Assembly (NCBI GenBank): GCA_963675785.1
Contig: OY776562.1
Location: 128,001-192,000 of the forward strand
Reading direction: 5' to 3'
DNA length: 64,000 nt
Source of the DNA: Anaerolineae bacterium
GTDB lineage: Bacteria > Chloroflexota > Anaerolineae > UBA1429
Shown here: one piece after another, positions 1 through 9,953 of the stretch
Layout: every line of letters begins with the position of its first letter
Position numbering within the stretch: the stretch's first letter is position 1
Notes under the pieces: generated by a model
Told to the model about the DNA's origin: nothing
Databases searched by the model: none
What the model saw: only the letters and a program-made list of their open reading frames with translations
Program-made: the position numbers and the translations under genes

Positions 1-629
1 AATGTACAGGGCAAGGCTTGTCATGCAGCCAGTCCCTCACTGGGTGTCAATGCTATCTATGGTGCTTCTCGCCTGATCGTGGGCTTGGAAATTCAGTCGC
101 TGCAGTTGGGTACGGACGATTTTTTGGGGCGAGGTACTTTTGCGGTAACGGATATATCCAGCAGTGCGGCCAGCCGCAACGCGGTGCCCGAGTTGTGCCA
201 GCTTTTGGTGGATCGAAGGTTGACGGCAGGCGAAACAGAGGCTATGGCATTGGCAGAGATTCGCCGCATCGCTGCACGCGAGGATATTCAGGCGACGATT
301 GATGTGGCCGAGACCGTTATTGAGACATACAAGGGCGGCCAGATCAGACAGCGCCAGAGTTATCCTGCTTGGGCTACGCCCGCCACCAGCCCCTTGGTCA
401 AGACGGTGGCTAGTGTGGTTGAGAACGCTCTGGGCTTTGTTCCTCGCATCAGCCGTTGGGAGTTTTCGACCGACGGTGTGTACACCGCCGGTCAGGTTGG
501 CATTCCACAGTGGGGTTTGGCCCGGGAGATGAGAAATTGGCTCACGCTATCGACGAGCATGTCGCTGTCAAGGATATGGCAGCTGCGGCACTGGTTTATG
601 CCCGTCTGGCAGAGCGCTTGCTTAGCTAG
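1..629 (+). CDS. M20/YgeY-like metallohydrolase, 3' part (truncated by window start), with apparent frameshift near 505
   Basis: Frame 1 reads VQGKACHAASPSLGVNAI...NAVP...VDRRLT...FSTDGVYTAGQVGIP. Adding one C at 505-506 continues as TVGFGPGDEKLAHAIDEHV...LLS*, the typical M20 C-terminal GPG..AH..DE motif, with stop at 627-629. Confidence 0.8.
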
Positions 630-638
630 TGAATAGAG

Positions 639-1871
639 TTAAGTGCGGTAGTTGGCGTTGATGTTGACGTATTCGTGCGTCAGGTCGCAGGTCCACATCG
701 TCGCGGATTGATTGCCTAATCCGAGATCGACCGCAAAGCGCACTTCTTTTTGGGCGAGAAGCTGGGAGGCGTGCTCTTCGTCAAAGTCAATGGGTGTGCC
801 TTTGCTGAATAGCGCCATATCCCCTAATTTTAGGCTTACCTTCTCGGGTTCTATTGTGGCGCCGCTATAGCCGACGGCGCAGATTACTCGTCCCCAGTTA
901 GCATCTCTGCCATAGATGGCGGTTTTGACTAGCGATGAATTAGCAATTGATCTGGCAACCGCTCGCGCATCTTCTTTGGTTACCGCCCCTTCGACGACGA
1001 TTTCAACCAGGTGTTCTGCACCTTCGCCATCGCGTACGATTTCTCGCGCCAGATGGGTGACAACCTCATCCAGGGCAGTCAGCAAGGCAGGATAAAGCGG
1101 GTGGGCTTCGCTCTCGATTGCTGATAGGTCAGCAGCGCCGTTGGCTAGAACCAGTACAGTGTCATTGGTGCTCGTGTCACCATCCACTGTGATCATGTTA
1201 AAGCTGGAATCGATCACCTTATTGAGCATCGTTTGAAGTTGCTCTGCGGCTATGGCGGCATCGGTGGTGATAATGCAGAGCATGGTGGCCATATTGGGGT
1301 GGATCATCCCCGATCCTTTGGCCATGCCTGCGACTGTAAAACTTCCCTCATCGGTATTGACCCGAACGGCTACTTCTTTGGAATGGGTGTCGGTTGTCAT
1401 AATGGCTTTGGCTGCGTTGGCTCCGCCAGCGCGTTCGCCACATAGCGTGGTAGCTGCCTGGTGAATCCCCTTGTTGATCGTATCCATGGGCATGTGTTGG
1501 CCGATGACGCCTGTTGACATGACGTAAAAGGTTCCCGGTGTCGCTTCCATGGCTTGTTCTGCGATCTGGGCCATCTCGCGGGCATCTATCATACCCTGAT
1601 CGCCTGTGCAGGCGTTAGCGCAGCCGCTGTTCACAGCGACACCATGCACTAGCGCACCTGAGGATAGGACCTGCATGTCGTACCAAACGGGAGCCGCCTT
1701 GAATGCATTGCGGGTAAATACGGCAGCGCTTGTGCAAGGGGCCGACGAATAAACCAGAGCCAGATCCAGTTTACCGCTCTTTTTCAGGCCGGCAGCAATA
1801 CCATTTGCTTTAAAACCACGACATGTGGTAATGCCTGCATCATTGAGGTATTCGAGTGTGTAATGAGCCAC
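639..1871 (-). CDS. argJ: Glutamate N-acetyltransferase / ornithine acetyltransferase
   Basis: Motifs NSGCANACTG, AIMTTDT, AKGSGMIHPNMATML, VDGDTSTND, DANWGR, YVNINANYRT. Confidence 0.97.
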   Translation of the reverse strand: MAHYTLEYLNDAGITTCRGFKANGIAAGLKKSGKLDLALVYSSAPCTSAAVFTRNAFKAAPVWYDMQVLSSGALVHGVAVNSGCANACTGDQGMIDAREMAQIAEQAMEATPGTFYVMSTGVIGQHMPMDTINKGIHQAATTLCGERAGGANAAKAIMTTDTHSKEVAVRVNTDEGSFTVAGMAKGSGMIHPNMATMLCIITTDAAIAAEQLQTMLNKVIDSSFNMITVDGDTSTNDTVLVLANGAADLSAIESEAHPLYPALLTALDEVVTHLAREIVRDGEGAEHLVEIVVEGAVTKEDARAVARSIANSSLVKTAIYGRDANWGRVICAVGYSGATIEPEKVSLKLGDMALFSKGTPIDFDEEHASQLLAQKEVRFAVDLGLGNQSATMWTCDLTHEYVNINANYRT

Positions 1872-1885
1872 AGTGTGATTCTCCT

Positions 1886-3643
1886 CTATTCAGCAAAGAT
1901 TCCGGGAACGTAAAGTAGCATTGTCAAAACAGCATCAGATAAGGCAAAGATAGCAAATCCTGCCAACAGCGAAGCGCTGGATTTTCTATGTACATACCAC
2001 GCCGTAAAGACGCCTGCAAGCAATGCCAAAGCAGCAGGAGAAAATAGTACGATTTTATCGGCCATGGTAGCACTGATAAAAGCGGGCACTGGCAAGTCAA
2101 GCAGCCAGGATGGTCGGAAAATGTATTTGGTGACGATGTACAATACACCGGATACGATCAGCACAATGCGGGGACCACTACGTTCGAGATCACCTTCTGC
2201 GCTGATAAGCATATAAATGGAAATGAGAACCAATCCAGGGAAGAGCCAGACGACGGCCATTGGCAAAAAGCTGAGACTCTGGATCAATCCCCAAATTACA
2301 TCCGCGACCGTTTCACCAATATCCCCAAGACTTAATTTATTCAGATATGCTACTGCTTCAGCAGAAGTGCTGGCATAATAGACCTGATGAATACTCGATG
2401 TGCCTATATCGATCCAGGCGAGATGCCAATCATCTTGTGAATCAACGGCTAGCGTGGGCTTTTGTGAAGTTGTGGTAGTGCGTGCTGCTACCTGGTAGGA
2501 AACAGGTGCACCATTCTGCCAGACTGAGGTGATGATCTGGATGATTTCTGTGGTACGCCCCACCTGCTGAACGGAAAAGGCAATATAGACTGGTTCCTGT
2601 GATGTCTGCAATGTGTTGGGAAAATAACAGAATGATGAACCGCTTATATCACCTTCTAGCGGGGCGGTATCGAGTCCAAGCGTTGACTCGGCAACCGTAT
2701 AAACGGGCTCACGCGTTGTGGGCAGCTCTACTTGACCTGTGGTGGCGTTTGCAGGATCCCCAATGGGGAACCAGGCGTAAAAGGTCTCTGCCATCGGAGA
2801 GGTGAGGCCGCCGCCACGGCGTTCTCTTGTCCAAAAGACATAAACACTCTCGTCTTCTATGGCGATGGCCGGTGCTCGCGCGACCAGTCCTGTGCTGATC
2901 GCAAACATCGTCAAAACAGAACTCTGCTCAAGGTCGCCAGTCTGAGCATTAATGATGCCATAGTTCACATTGCGACGCGATAGTTCTGGCGAGCTATACC
3001 ACACAACCTGAATAGAGCCGTCGTTTGCTAAAGCGGCGGCGATATCCGACGCCTCTATGCCAAGATCTGTCGGGGCCATACGCAATGTGCCCTGAGCAGA
3101 GAGTGCGCTGTAGAATAGGGAGGCTGTATCTTGGACTTTGCCGCTCCACAAGAGGGCAACTGCGCCTTCATCGAGGGGCACAGTTGCGCAGGTCAGGTCC
3201 GTGATGCCTTCTGCTAGGGTTTGTTCAGCGCGGATTGTTCCATCAACAGAAACGAGTGCATACATGAGGTCGGTCTGGCCGGATACCCACACCAGATGAA
3301 ATTGATCATTGCCAGCTGGAATCAGTGTAAGCTGGGAGGGTGCATTGGGAGAAGCAACAACGTAATCTGCCAGCGGGGTTCCACTTTTATCTAGGGTTTG
3401 GATGCGAATCTGCTTTGTGCCCGTACTGATATCAACCCAGGCCAATATGGGGGAATCTTGGGTCGTTAGAGCAAGCTGTACGTTTTCCGCATTGCTTGTT
3501 TCTCCTACTAGAACACCACGGCTCCAATCAGAGCCGGTAGTTTCACTGCGCTGCAAGCCAGTTCCGCAGCTCGCACAGGATAAAACAATAACAATAGCTG
3601 TCGCGAGGAATAGCACTCGCCTCTTGGTTTTCATCTGTGGCAT
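1886..3643 (-). CDS. Hypothetical membrane protein: lipoprotein-like signal, large beta-rich extracellular region, about 4 C-terminal TM helices
   Basis: Long ORF; likely start MPQMKTKRR after AAGGA; hydrophobic stretch ending LSCASC; repeated 'HL(V/A)W...VYYA' beta motifs; hydrophobic C-terminus. Confidence 0.7.
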   Translation of the reverse strand: MPQMKTKRRVLFLATAIVIVLSCASCGTGLQRSETTGSDWSRGVLVGETSNAENVQLALTTQDSPILAWVDISTGTKQIRIQTLDKSGTPLADYVVASPNAPSQLTLIPAGNDQFHLVWVSGQTDLMYALVSVDGTIRAEQTLAEGITDLTCATVPLDEGAVALLWSGKVQDTASLFYSALSAQGTLRMAPTDLGIEASDIAAALANDGSIQVVWYSSPELSRRNVNYGIINAQTGDLEQSSVLTMFAISTGLVARAPAIAIEDESVYVFWTRERRGGGLTSPMAETFYAWFPIGDPANATTGQVELPTTREPVYTVAESTLGLDTAPLEGDISGSSFCYFPNTLQTSQEPVYIAFSVQQVGRTTEIIQIITSVWQNGAPVSYQVAARTTTTSQKPTLAVDSQDDWHLAWIDIGTSSIHQVYYASTSAEAVAYLNKLSLGDIGETVADVIWGLIQSLSFLPMAVVWLFPGLVLISIYMLISAEGDLERSGPRIVLIVSGVLYIVTKYIFRPSWLLDLPVPAFISATMADKIVLFSPAALALLAGVFTAWYVHRKSSASLLAGFAIFALSDAVLTMLLYVPGIFAE

Positions 3644-3704
3644 GTTCCTTTCCATACTGCAAGTATACGAGCCCTGCCGTGTACTGCCAACAAGACTTGC
3701 CTCA

Positions 3705-3740
3705 TTGACCATGTCTTGAGGCTATTGGTATAATCAATAG
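3705..3740 (+). promoter_or_regulatory. Sigma70-type promoter with inverted repeat around the -10 box
   Basis: TTGACC-N18-TATAAT with TG extension; CTATTG-N7-CAATAG (3722-3740) brackets the -10. Confidence 0.5.
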
Positions 3741-3771
3741 TCAGTTTTGTAAGATTGCTAGTGAGGCATTG

Positions 3772-4143
3772 ATGACGCGTATTCGTATTTGTGTTGGCCC
3801 AGTGAGTGTTGCGGCCGAGCTTGAAGATAATCAGACGGCTGCCCGTATCGTTGAGGTTTTACCCTTGAACGCCCAGGCTGCATTGTGGGGCGATGAGATC
3901 TATTTCGGGTTGCCAGTGTTCATGGCTGTAGATGATACCGTGGATCAGGTGGAGGTCGGCGATATCGCTTACTGGTCGCCGGGGCATGCGTTCTGCATCT
4001 TTTTTGGGCGAACGCCCATGAGCAGAGGCAACGAAATTCGACCAGCCAGCCCGGTGAGCGTTTTTGGCCACATCCTCGGCGATGCGCGGACTTTTACTGC
4101 TTGTGCGGCTGGTGATCTGGTGAGCGTCGAACTCGTTCAATAA
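3772..4143 (+). CDS. Cyclophilin-like fold protein (TM1367/DUF369 family)
   Basis: Motifs WGDEIYF, GDIAYWSPGHAFCIFFGRTP, RPASPV. Confidence 0.88.
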   Translation: MTRIRICVGPVSVAAELEDNQTAARIVEVLPLNAQAALWGDEIYFGLPVFMAVDDTVDQVEVGDIAYWSPGHAFCIFFGRTPMSRGNEIRPASPVSVFGHILGDARTFTACAAGDLVSVELVQ

Positions 4144-4158
4144 ACGGAAGGATAGGTG

Positions 4159-4941
4159 ATGGACATGGCCTTTGAAAAAGAACGTCGGATTCTTGTAGCG
4201 GCTGAGGAGGCAGCGGAGCCAGTGGGCCCTATCTCTGACCTCCTGCCGGGTGGGCTGACGCTGGATGCCGCACATATGATCTGTGAGGGAAATATCCAGG
4301 CCAGGCTCGACGCGGGTGCGAAATTGGCTGGCTATAAAGTCGGATTCACCAACATTCCCGTGCGAGACAACATGGGTCTGCCCGATTCTACCTATGGCTA
4401 TATTCTAGATGAGATGGTGCTGCAGTCCGGTGGCACAGTGAATATGTCCAAACTGGTGGCGCCCAAAATCGAATGTGAGATTTGCTTTAGACTGGGTGAG
4501 GATATCAACCCTGATGGATTGACGATAGCGCGTGTGCTGGCTCAAAGCGATGGTGTCTGCGCTGCCTTTGAGATCTGCGACGCACGCATCAAGGATTGGA
4601 AGTGCCCCTACCCCGATTTCTTCGCAGATAACGGTTTTTCTGCCCGTATTGTGCTCTCCGGGGAATGGTTCGCCCCTTCTCAGGTTGATCTGCTGGGGGA
4701 GATGGTGACACTCTATAAGGATGGCGTTGAGCTTGCCAGCGGCAAGGGCGAAATGGCCATGGGACATCCAGCAAATGCCGTTATCTGGCTGGCGAACAAA
4801 CTCAAGGATCGCGGGCGCACTCTGAAGGCGGGCAATGTGGTGATGACGGGCACACTCACGCCCATTATTCTCGTCGAAAAGGGCGCCGAATATGTGGCGC
4901 AGTTTTCAACGTTGGGGGAGGTCACTCAAAAGTTCAAGTGA
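4159..4941 (+). CDS. 2-keto-4-pentenoate hydratase-like protein (FAH superfamily, MhpD-like)
   Basis: Motifs GYKVGFT, PKIECEICF, FEICDAR, ADNG, MGHPANAVIWLAN, VMTGT. Confidence 0.88.
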   Translation: MDMAFEKERRILVAAEEAAEPVGPISDLLPGGLTLDAAHMICEGNIQARLDAGAKLAGYKVGFTNIPVRDNMGLPDSTYGYILDEMVLQSGGTVNMSKLVAPKIECEICFRLGEDINPDGLTIARVLAQSDGVCAAFEICDARIKDWKCPYPDFFADNGFSARIVLSGEWFAPSQVDLLGEMVTLYKDGVELASGKGEMAMGHPANAVIWLANKLKDRGRTLKAGNVVMTGTLTPIILVEKGAEYVAQFSTLGEVTQKFK

Positions 4942-5032
4942 CCTGTTGGTTTACCAAAAGCTCTGTGCTAGAATGCCGCAGATATGCTAGCTTGCCTGTT
5001 GGCATCTAGCATACGTCATTGTGGGGTGATAT

Positions 5033-5749
5033 ATGTCTGTTCGTGCGTTATTGTTGGATCTCGATGATACACTCTTGATAAACGATATCGAGAGCTTTTT
5101 CCCCGCTTATTACGGGGCACTCGTTGAGTGTTTCAAGGACGTTCTTCCACCTGTCAAGCTGCTTGATGCTTTAAAGATTGGCACCAAGGCCATGATGGCT
5201 AATACCGGTACTGGGCGCATCAACAGCAAAGTGTTTTGGCACGAGTTTACGCCTCGTGTCGAGCGGCCTCAAGAAGAGATGGAGCCCATCTTCCAGTCGT
5301 TTTATGAGAATGAATTCGATGCTCTAGCTTCAGTAACGTCAGTAGATCCAGCAGCTCGACGGCTGGTTCAGATAGCTCGCGAAAAGGGCTATGCTCTGGC
5401 TGTTGCTACACAGCCGGTTTTCCCGCTTCCGGCCGTCTTGGCTCGATTGCGCTGGGCTGGTGTGCCTCATGAAGAAATTCAATACGATTTTATCTCAACC
5501 TATGACGATTTGAGTGCCTGTAAACCGCATCCGGCCTTTTTTGAGCAAGTGCTTGATGCCCTGGGCCTAGAGCCTTCGGAAGCCGTGATGGTTGGAGATA
5601 GTCTTACGTCGGATATGCCTGCTTCCAAGCTGGGCATCCGTACCTTTTGGGTAACGCGCAATGGAGGCGTGGCATCAGAAGCAGATTGGAGCGGCGATCT
5701 GAATGCGTTGTGTGAGCTTGTTTTATCGGGGGGATTGGATGAAGAATGA
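5033..5749 (+). CDS. HAD-family hydrolase
   Basis: Motif I DLDDTL, KPHP, MVGDSLTSD. Confidence 0.9.
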   Translation: MSVRALLLDLDDTLLINDIESFFPAYYGALVECFKDVLPPVKLLDALKIGTKAMMANTGTGRINSKVFWHEFTPRVERPQEEMEPIFQSFYENEFDALASVTSVDPAARRLVQIAREKGYALAVATQPVFPLPAVLARLRWAGVPHEEIQYDFISTYDDLSACKPHPAFFEQVLDALGLEPSEAVMVGDSLTSDMPASKLGIRTFWVTRNGGVASEADWSGDLNALCELVLSGGLDEE

Positions 5750-6912
5750 CCACAGATAGCGGTCGGTTGATGCAAATAGCAGACAATGTGCGCAGCAGCT
5801 TTGTGAAGGCTTTTGAGTGCGAGCCCGAGTTTCTGTTGGCTGCGCCCGGGCGCGTGAATCTCATCGGTGAACATACAGATTACAACGATGGTTTTGTTCT
5901 ACCTGCCGCTATTGACCGCCATGTTGTAATGGCTGTTCGTCGCCGAAGTGATCACCATGTTCGCATCAGCGCCGTGGATTTTGATGACCTTTCAGCATTC
6001 GATTTGGATAACATCGAGCGGGTGAATCACGCGACCTGGAGCAACTATGAGCGCGGTGTGGCTTGGGTGTTGCAGGACGAAGGGTACGCTATAAGCGGCC
6101 TGGATTTGGCTGTCTCTAGTGATGTGCCCATTGGTTCCGGCCTCAGCTCTTCAGCGGCTATTGAACTGGCCACGGCTTTTGCTTTCCAAACTGCCTATCA
6201 GCTCGAATTGGACGGTGTCAAGCGGGCACTCCTTTGTCAGCGGGCCGAGAATGACTTTGTGGGTATGCGTTGCGGCATAATGGATCAATATATCATTTCA
6301 TTGGCTGAAGCCGAGCGGGCGCTGCTGATCGACTGCCGCAGTTTGCAGTACGAGCTGGCTAGGCTGCCCGAGGGTTGCAGTATGATCATCTGCGATACAC
6401 GCAAAAAACGCGGTTTGGTTGATTCCGAGTACAACACGCGTCGTGAGGAATGTGAGCGTGGCGCTGCTATCCTAGGCGTCAAGGCCTTGCGGGATGTTTC
6501 TGTAGAGACTTTTGAGGCACGGGCAGTCGAGTTGGATGAGGTAACTCGTAAGCGTTGTCGGCATGTGGTGATGGAAGATCAGCGTGTGCTGGATGCTGTC
6601 AAGGCGCTGGAAGATAGCGATGCCGCAGCCTTTGGCAAGCTGATGAATGCTTCGCATGTGAGCCTGCGCGACGATTACGAGGTGAGCTGCGCAGAGTTAG
6701 ATGCTATGGTCGAGGCGGCCTGGGCTTGTGAGGGTGTTTTGGGAGCACGTATGACTGGTGCCGGTTTCGGCGGCTGTACTGTCAACTTGGTATGTGACGG
6801 GGCCGTAGACGCCTTTTTGGCGAGTGTGCCAGCGCAGTATCAGGTGAAAACGGGGCTCACACCAAATGTGTATGTTTGCAGGGCAGTCCAAGGAGTTGGC
6901 CTGCTGGGCTAG
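5746..6912 (+). CDS. galK: Galactokinase
   Basis: APGRVNLIGEHTDYN, PIGSGLSSSAA, CGIMDQ, GARMTGAGFGG; ATGA overlap with the HAD gene. Confidence 0.97.
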   Translation: MTTDSGRLMQIADNVRSSFVKAFECEPEFLLAAPGRVNLIGEHTDYNDGFVLPAAIDRHVVMAVRRRSDHHVRISAVDFDDLSAFDLDNIERVNHATWSNYERGVAWVLQDEGYAISGLDLAVSSDVPIGSGLSSSAAIELATAFAFQTAYQLELDGVKRALLCQRAENDFVGMRCGIMDQYIISLAEAERALLIDCRSLQYELARLPEGCSMIICDTRKKRGLVDSEYNTRREECERGAAILGVKALRDVSVETFEARAVELDEVTRKRCRHVVMEDQRVLDAVKALEDSDAAAFGKLMNASHVSLRDDYEVSCAELDAMVEAAWACEGVLGARMTGAGFGGCTVNLVCDGAVDAFLASVPAQYQVKTGLTPNVYVCRAVQGVGLLG

Positions 6913-6943
6913 GATAAAAATAGGAATAACAAAGAGCGCCAGC

Positions 6944-7930
6944 CTACGAGGTTGGCGCTCTTTTCATGATCCAAAAGCTCCAGATGCCTTTTGCCATACC
7001 AAGCCCCAGTGCTAAGGCACGGACGAGGAGCAGGAAGGGGGCAACATAGGCTACTGTTCGGTCGTGCTGCCAGGCATAGCTGATGAACGTGAGGCAGTTG
7101 ACGGCAAAGGCGATCAAGACGACTGCTGCGCCGGGCCAGGCACTTGGCCAAAAGAGAGTGGCGATAAGCATTAAAAGTAATAGATAGGCCAATACCATCT
7201 GTGATTTCTGGGTTGGAGGTGTATGCGAATCGTTGCTAGCCTTGCTAGGATGCAACTTTAGAATGTAGGCCTTCCAATAGCCAATGCTGACTTTTTTGCG
7301 GGCATACCATGCTACTGTATCGGCGTGAACATGCTGAACAACCGCTTTTGGCACAAAGATGAGCTTGTAACCTGCCTCGGCTACTCTAAAGGAGAGTTCT
7401 TGATCTTCCAGTGAGGTTGAAGGAAGAGTCTCGTCAAAACCGCCCACCGTCAGCAGTACCTCGCGGCGATAGATGGCCGAATACGTATCGACAAAATCGA
7501 TGCGCTCTGTACCACGCATGCGCTCGTATTTGGTCTCATATTCGGTTTGAACAAAACGGGCTACTAGGCCGGTTTGTTTACTGGTGTAGGTGCCCTTGCC
7601 GCCGTCAGCATCAGCAGTCTGCACGGCTTGCAATAGAATGTCGATCCAGTTTGGCGCGGGGATGCAGTCGGCGTCAGTAAAGAGCACCCATTCGCCATTC
7701 GCCTCCCGAATACCCGTGTTCCTGGCCTTGGCGGGGCCGCCAGGGTTCTGGGAGAGTAGAGTGACGTGGCCAAAGCGCTGCACGGCAGTAGCGGTGCCAT
7801 CGGTTGAGCCGTCGTCCACCACGATAATTTCGTACTCGTCAGTGGGGATGGATTGATTCTCCAGTGCCAGCAGGCACTGGGAAATGGTGTTGACGCCGTT
7901 TCGCACGGGGATGACGACGGAGGCCTTCAT
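6944..7930 (-). CDS. Family 2 glycosyltransferase with C-terminal TM helices
   Basis: SVVIPVRN, VVDDGSTDGT, GPAKARN, FTDADC, EDQEL; start at 7930 overlaps the upstream stop (ATGA). Confidence 0.92.
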   Translation of the reverse strand: MKASVVIPVRNGVNTISQCLLALENQSIPTDEYEIIVVDDGSTDGTATAVQRFGHVTLLSQNPGGPAKARNTGIREANGEWVLFTDADCIPAPNWIDILLQAVQTADADGGKGTYTSKQTGLVARFVQTEYETKYERMRGTERIDFVDTYSAIYRREVLLTVGGFDETLPSTSLEDQELSFRVAEAGYKLIFVPKAVVQHVHADTVAWYARKKVSIGYWKAYILKLHPSKASNDSHTPPTQKSQMVLAYLLLLMLIATLFWPSAWPGAAVVLIAFAVNCLTFISYAWQHDRTVAYVAPFLLLVRALALGLGMAKGIWSFWIMKRAPTS

Positions 7931-8916
7931 GTCTGTTTCTCCTCGGGCGCTTTTGGGCCCAATTTCCACAGAGCGCTAATATCGATGCTCTTGAGCCACA
8001 CGGCTAATGCACCCAAAATCAGGATAGTACCATAGATAAGAGCGTGTAATACCAGGGCATAAGACATGCCGGTAGTATCACTGACACCGAATAGCCCGAG
8101 GCAGAGTACAGTGACGTAGTGGAACACGCCTACCTGGGCTGGTACGCCGGGAATGAGCGCCGAGATGTAATGGCTGACGATAATCAGCAGGGCTCCGGCG
8201 GCGGTTGGGGAGATGTTCAGACCGTAGAACAGAGTGTATTCGGTGGCAAAGCTGGTTAGCCAGATGAGGGCGGTGAGACCAAGAGCTGGCAACAGGCGAC
8301 CAGAATCCAACAGCATACTGAGGCCGTCAAGGCCGGTAGAGAGCAAGTGCCCCAGGCGTTGGGGCAAACGGTTGGCGAATTTGGTGAGCGGTTTACGCAG
8401 CCACAGCACCAGGGCCAGTACTATAAAGATGATAGCGAACACGCCGATAAAGGCCCATGATGCAGTGCGAAACCAATCCGGTAAGGCCAGTACAAAGCCG
8501 AGTACCAGCGTGCTGCCCAACACAGCCAAGGCATCCATGAATTTTAAGACGACCACAAGAGATAGATTAGCGCCCAGGGGCGTTTGCGAGCTTTTGCTGG
8601 CTAGATAGGCCTGGGAGAGTTCGCCAAAGCGGAGTGGCACCACAGCGTTGAGAAATTGTCCGATGATTAAAAAGGCGGTCAGGTCGTTCCAGCGTGGTGC
8701 GATATCGGCAGTATAGAGGCTTTTCCAACGCAGACCTTTGAGGGCTGTGCCGCCCAGAATAAAGAACCAACTGACGATCACCCAGACGATGTTAGCCTGA
8801 CCAAGAGCATCCCACAGGCTTTGCCAGTCGACTGAGCGAGCCGCAAACCAAAACAGGGCTCCTGCAATCAGGAGCCCTATGATGCTCTGCAAGACTCTTT
8901 TTCTATCCATAGACAC
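7927..8916 (-). CDS. Lysylphosphatidylglycerol-synthase TM-domain / flippase-like membrane protein (UPF0104)
   Basis: LRWKSL, FLNAVVPLRFGE, IPGVPAQVGVFH; multiple TM segments. Confidence 0.85.
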   Translation of the reverse strand: MSMDRKRVLQSIIGLLIAGALFWFAARSVDWQSLWDALGQANIVWVIVSWFFILGGTALKGLRWKSLYTADIAPRWNDLTAFLIIGQFLNAVVPLRFGELSQAYLASKSSQTPLGANLSLVVVLKFMDALAVLGSTLVLGFVLALPDWFRTASWAFIGVFAIIFIVLALVLWLRKPLTKFANRLPQRLGHLLSTGLDGLSMLLDSGRLLPALGLTALIWLTSFATEYTLFYGLNISPTAAGALLIIVSHYISALIPGVPAQVGVFHYVTVLCLGLFGVSDTTGMSYALVLHALIYGTILILGALAVWLKSIDISALWKLGPKAPEEKQT

Positions 8917-8918
8917 TC

Positions 8919-9953
8919 TCAGCCTTTGGTTGGCTTGTCTACTTCGCGACCGGCATAGTGGGCGGCATAATACTGATTATACAGCTCGCCTGACTTGATC
9001 TTGCGCCACCACCACTCGTTGTCCTCATACCAACGAACGGTTTTTTCCAGCGCCTGCTGAAAATCGTGGCGAGATCTCCAGCCCAATGCGTTGATTTTGT
9101 CTACGTTGAGCGCATAGCGGCGGTCGTGGCCAGGGCGGTCGGTGATGTATTGCAGCAGCGATTCGGGTTTGCCCAGCATATCCAAAATCATGTGCGCCAT
9201 ATCGATGTTTCGAGTCGAGGTACCGGTGCCCAGGTTATAAATCTCGCCCAAGGCGCCCTTGTGCATCACAAAATCGATGCCCTCGCAGTGATCCATCACA
9301 TACTGATAGTCGCGCATCTGCAGGCCGTCGCCATAGATGGGCAGCGGCTTGTCATCGATGGCATTGGTTACAAAGACCGGCACTACCTTTTCAGGGTACT
9401 GGTAGGGACCAATGTTGTTCGAGCCGCGAGTAATGGTAACCGGCAAGCCAAAACTGGTGTAATAGGCCAATACCATCAAGTCTCCGCCGGCCTTGGATGC
9501 TGAGTAGGGACTGCGCGTTTCGATGCAATCGGTCTCTACCGAAGCGCCTTCCAGCACCTGGCCATATACTTCGTCAGTACTCACTTGGTGGTAGCGTTCC
9601 AGGCCCAGGTCTTTGGCTGCCTCGAGCAGGGTAAAGGTGCCAAACACGTCCGTCTGCACAAAACTGCCAGCGTCGGTCAGTGAGCGGTCTACATGGGTCT
9701 CGGCTGCAAAATTGATGATGGTGTCGATTTTATGCGCTTGCAACGTCTCGCGTACCAGCTTGTCGTCGCAAATATCGCCCTGCACAAAAGTGTAACGTGG
9801 GTCATCGGCGATGTCTTTGAGGTTATCGAGGTTGCCGGCGTAGGTCAGCTTGTCGTAAACCAGAATAGAATAATCGGGGTGTTGTTCAAGTGCATAATGG
9901 ACATAGTTCGAGCCAATAAAACCGGCTCCGCCAGTTACCATCAGTCTCTTCAT
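8919..9953 (-). CDS. rfbB: dTDP-glucose 4,6-dehydratase
   Basis: VTGGAGFIGSN, DKLTYAGN, AAETHVDRS, STDEVYG, SPYSASKA, DRPGHDRRY; start at 9953. Confidence 0.96.
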   Translation of the reverse strand: MKRLMVTGGAGFIGSNYVHYALEQHPDYSILVYDKLTYAGNLDNLKDIADDPRYTFVQGDICDDKLVRETLQAHKIDTIINFAAETHVDRSLTDAGSFVQTDVFGTFTLLEAAKDLGLERYHQVSTDEVYGQVLEGASVETDCIETRSPYSASKAGGDLMVLAYYTSFGLPVTITRGSNNIGPYQYPEKVVPVFVTNAIDDKPLPIYGDGLQMRDYQYVMDHCEGIDFVMHKGALGEIYNLGTGTSTRNIDMAHMILDMLGKPESLLQYITDRPGHDRRYALNVDKINALGWRSRHDFQQALEKTVRWYEDNEWWWRKIKSGELYNQYYAAHYAGREVDKPTKG

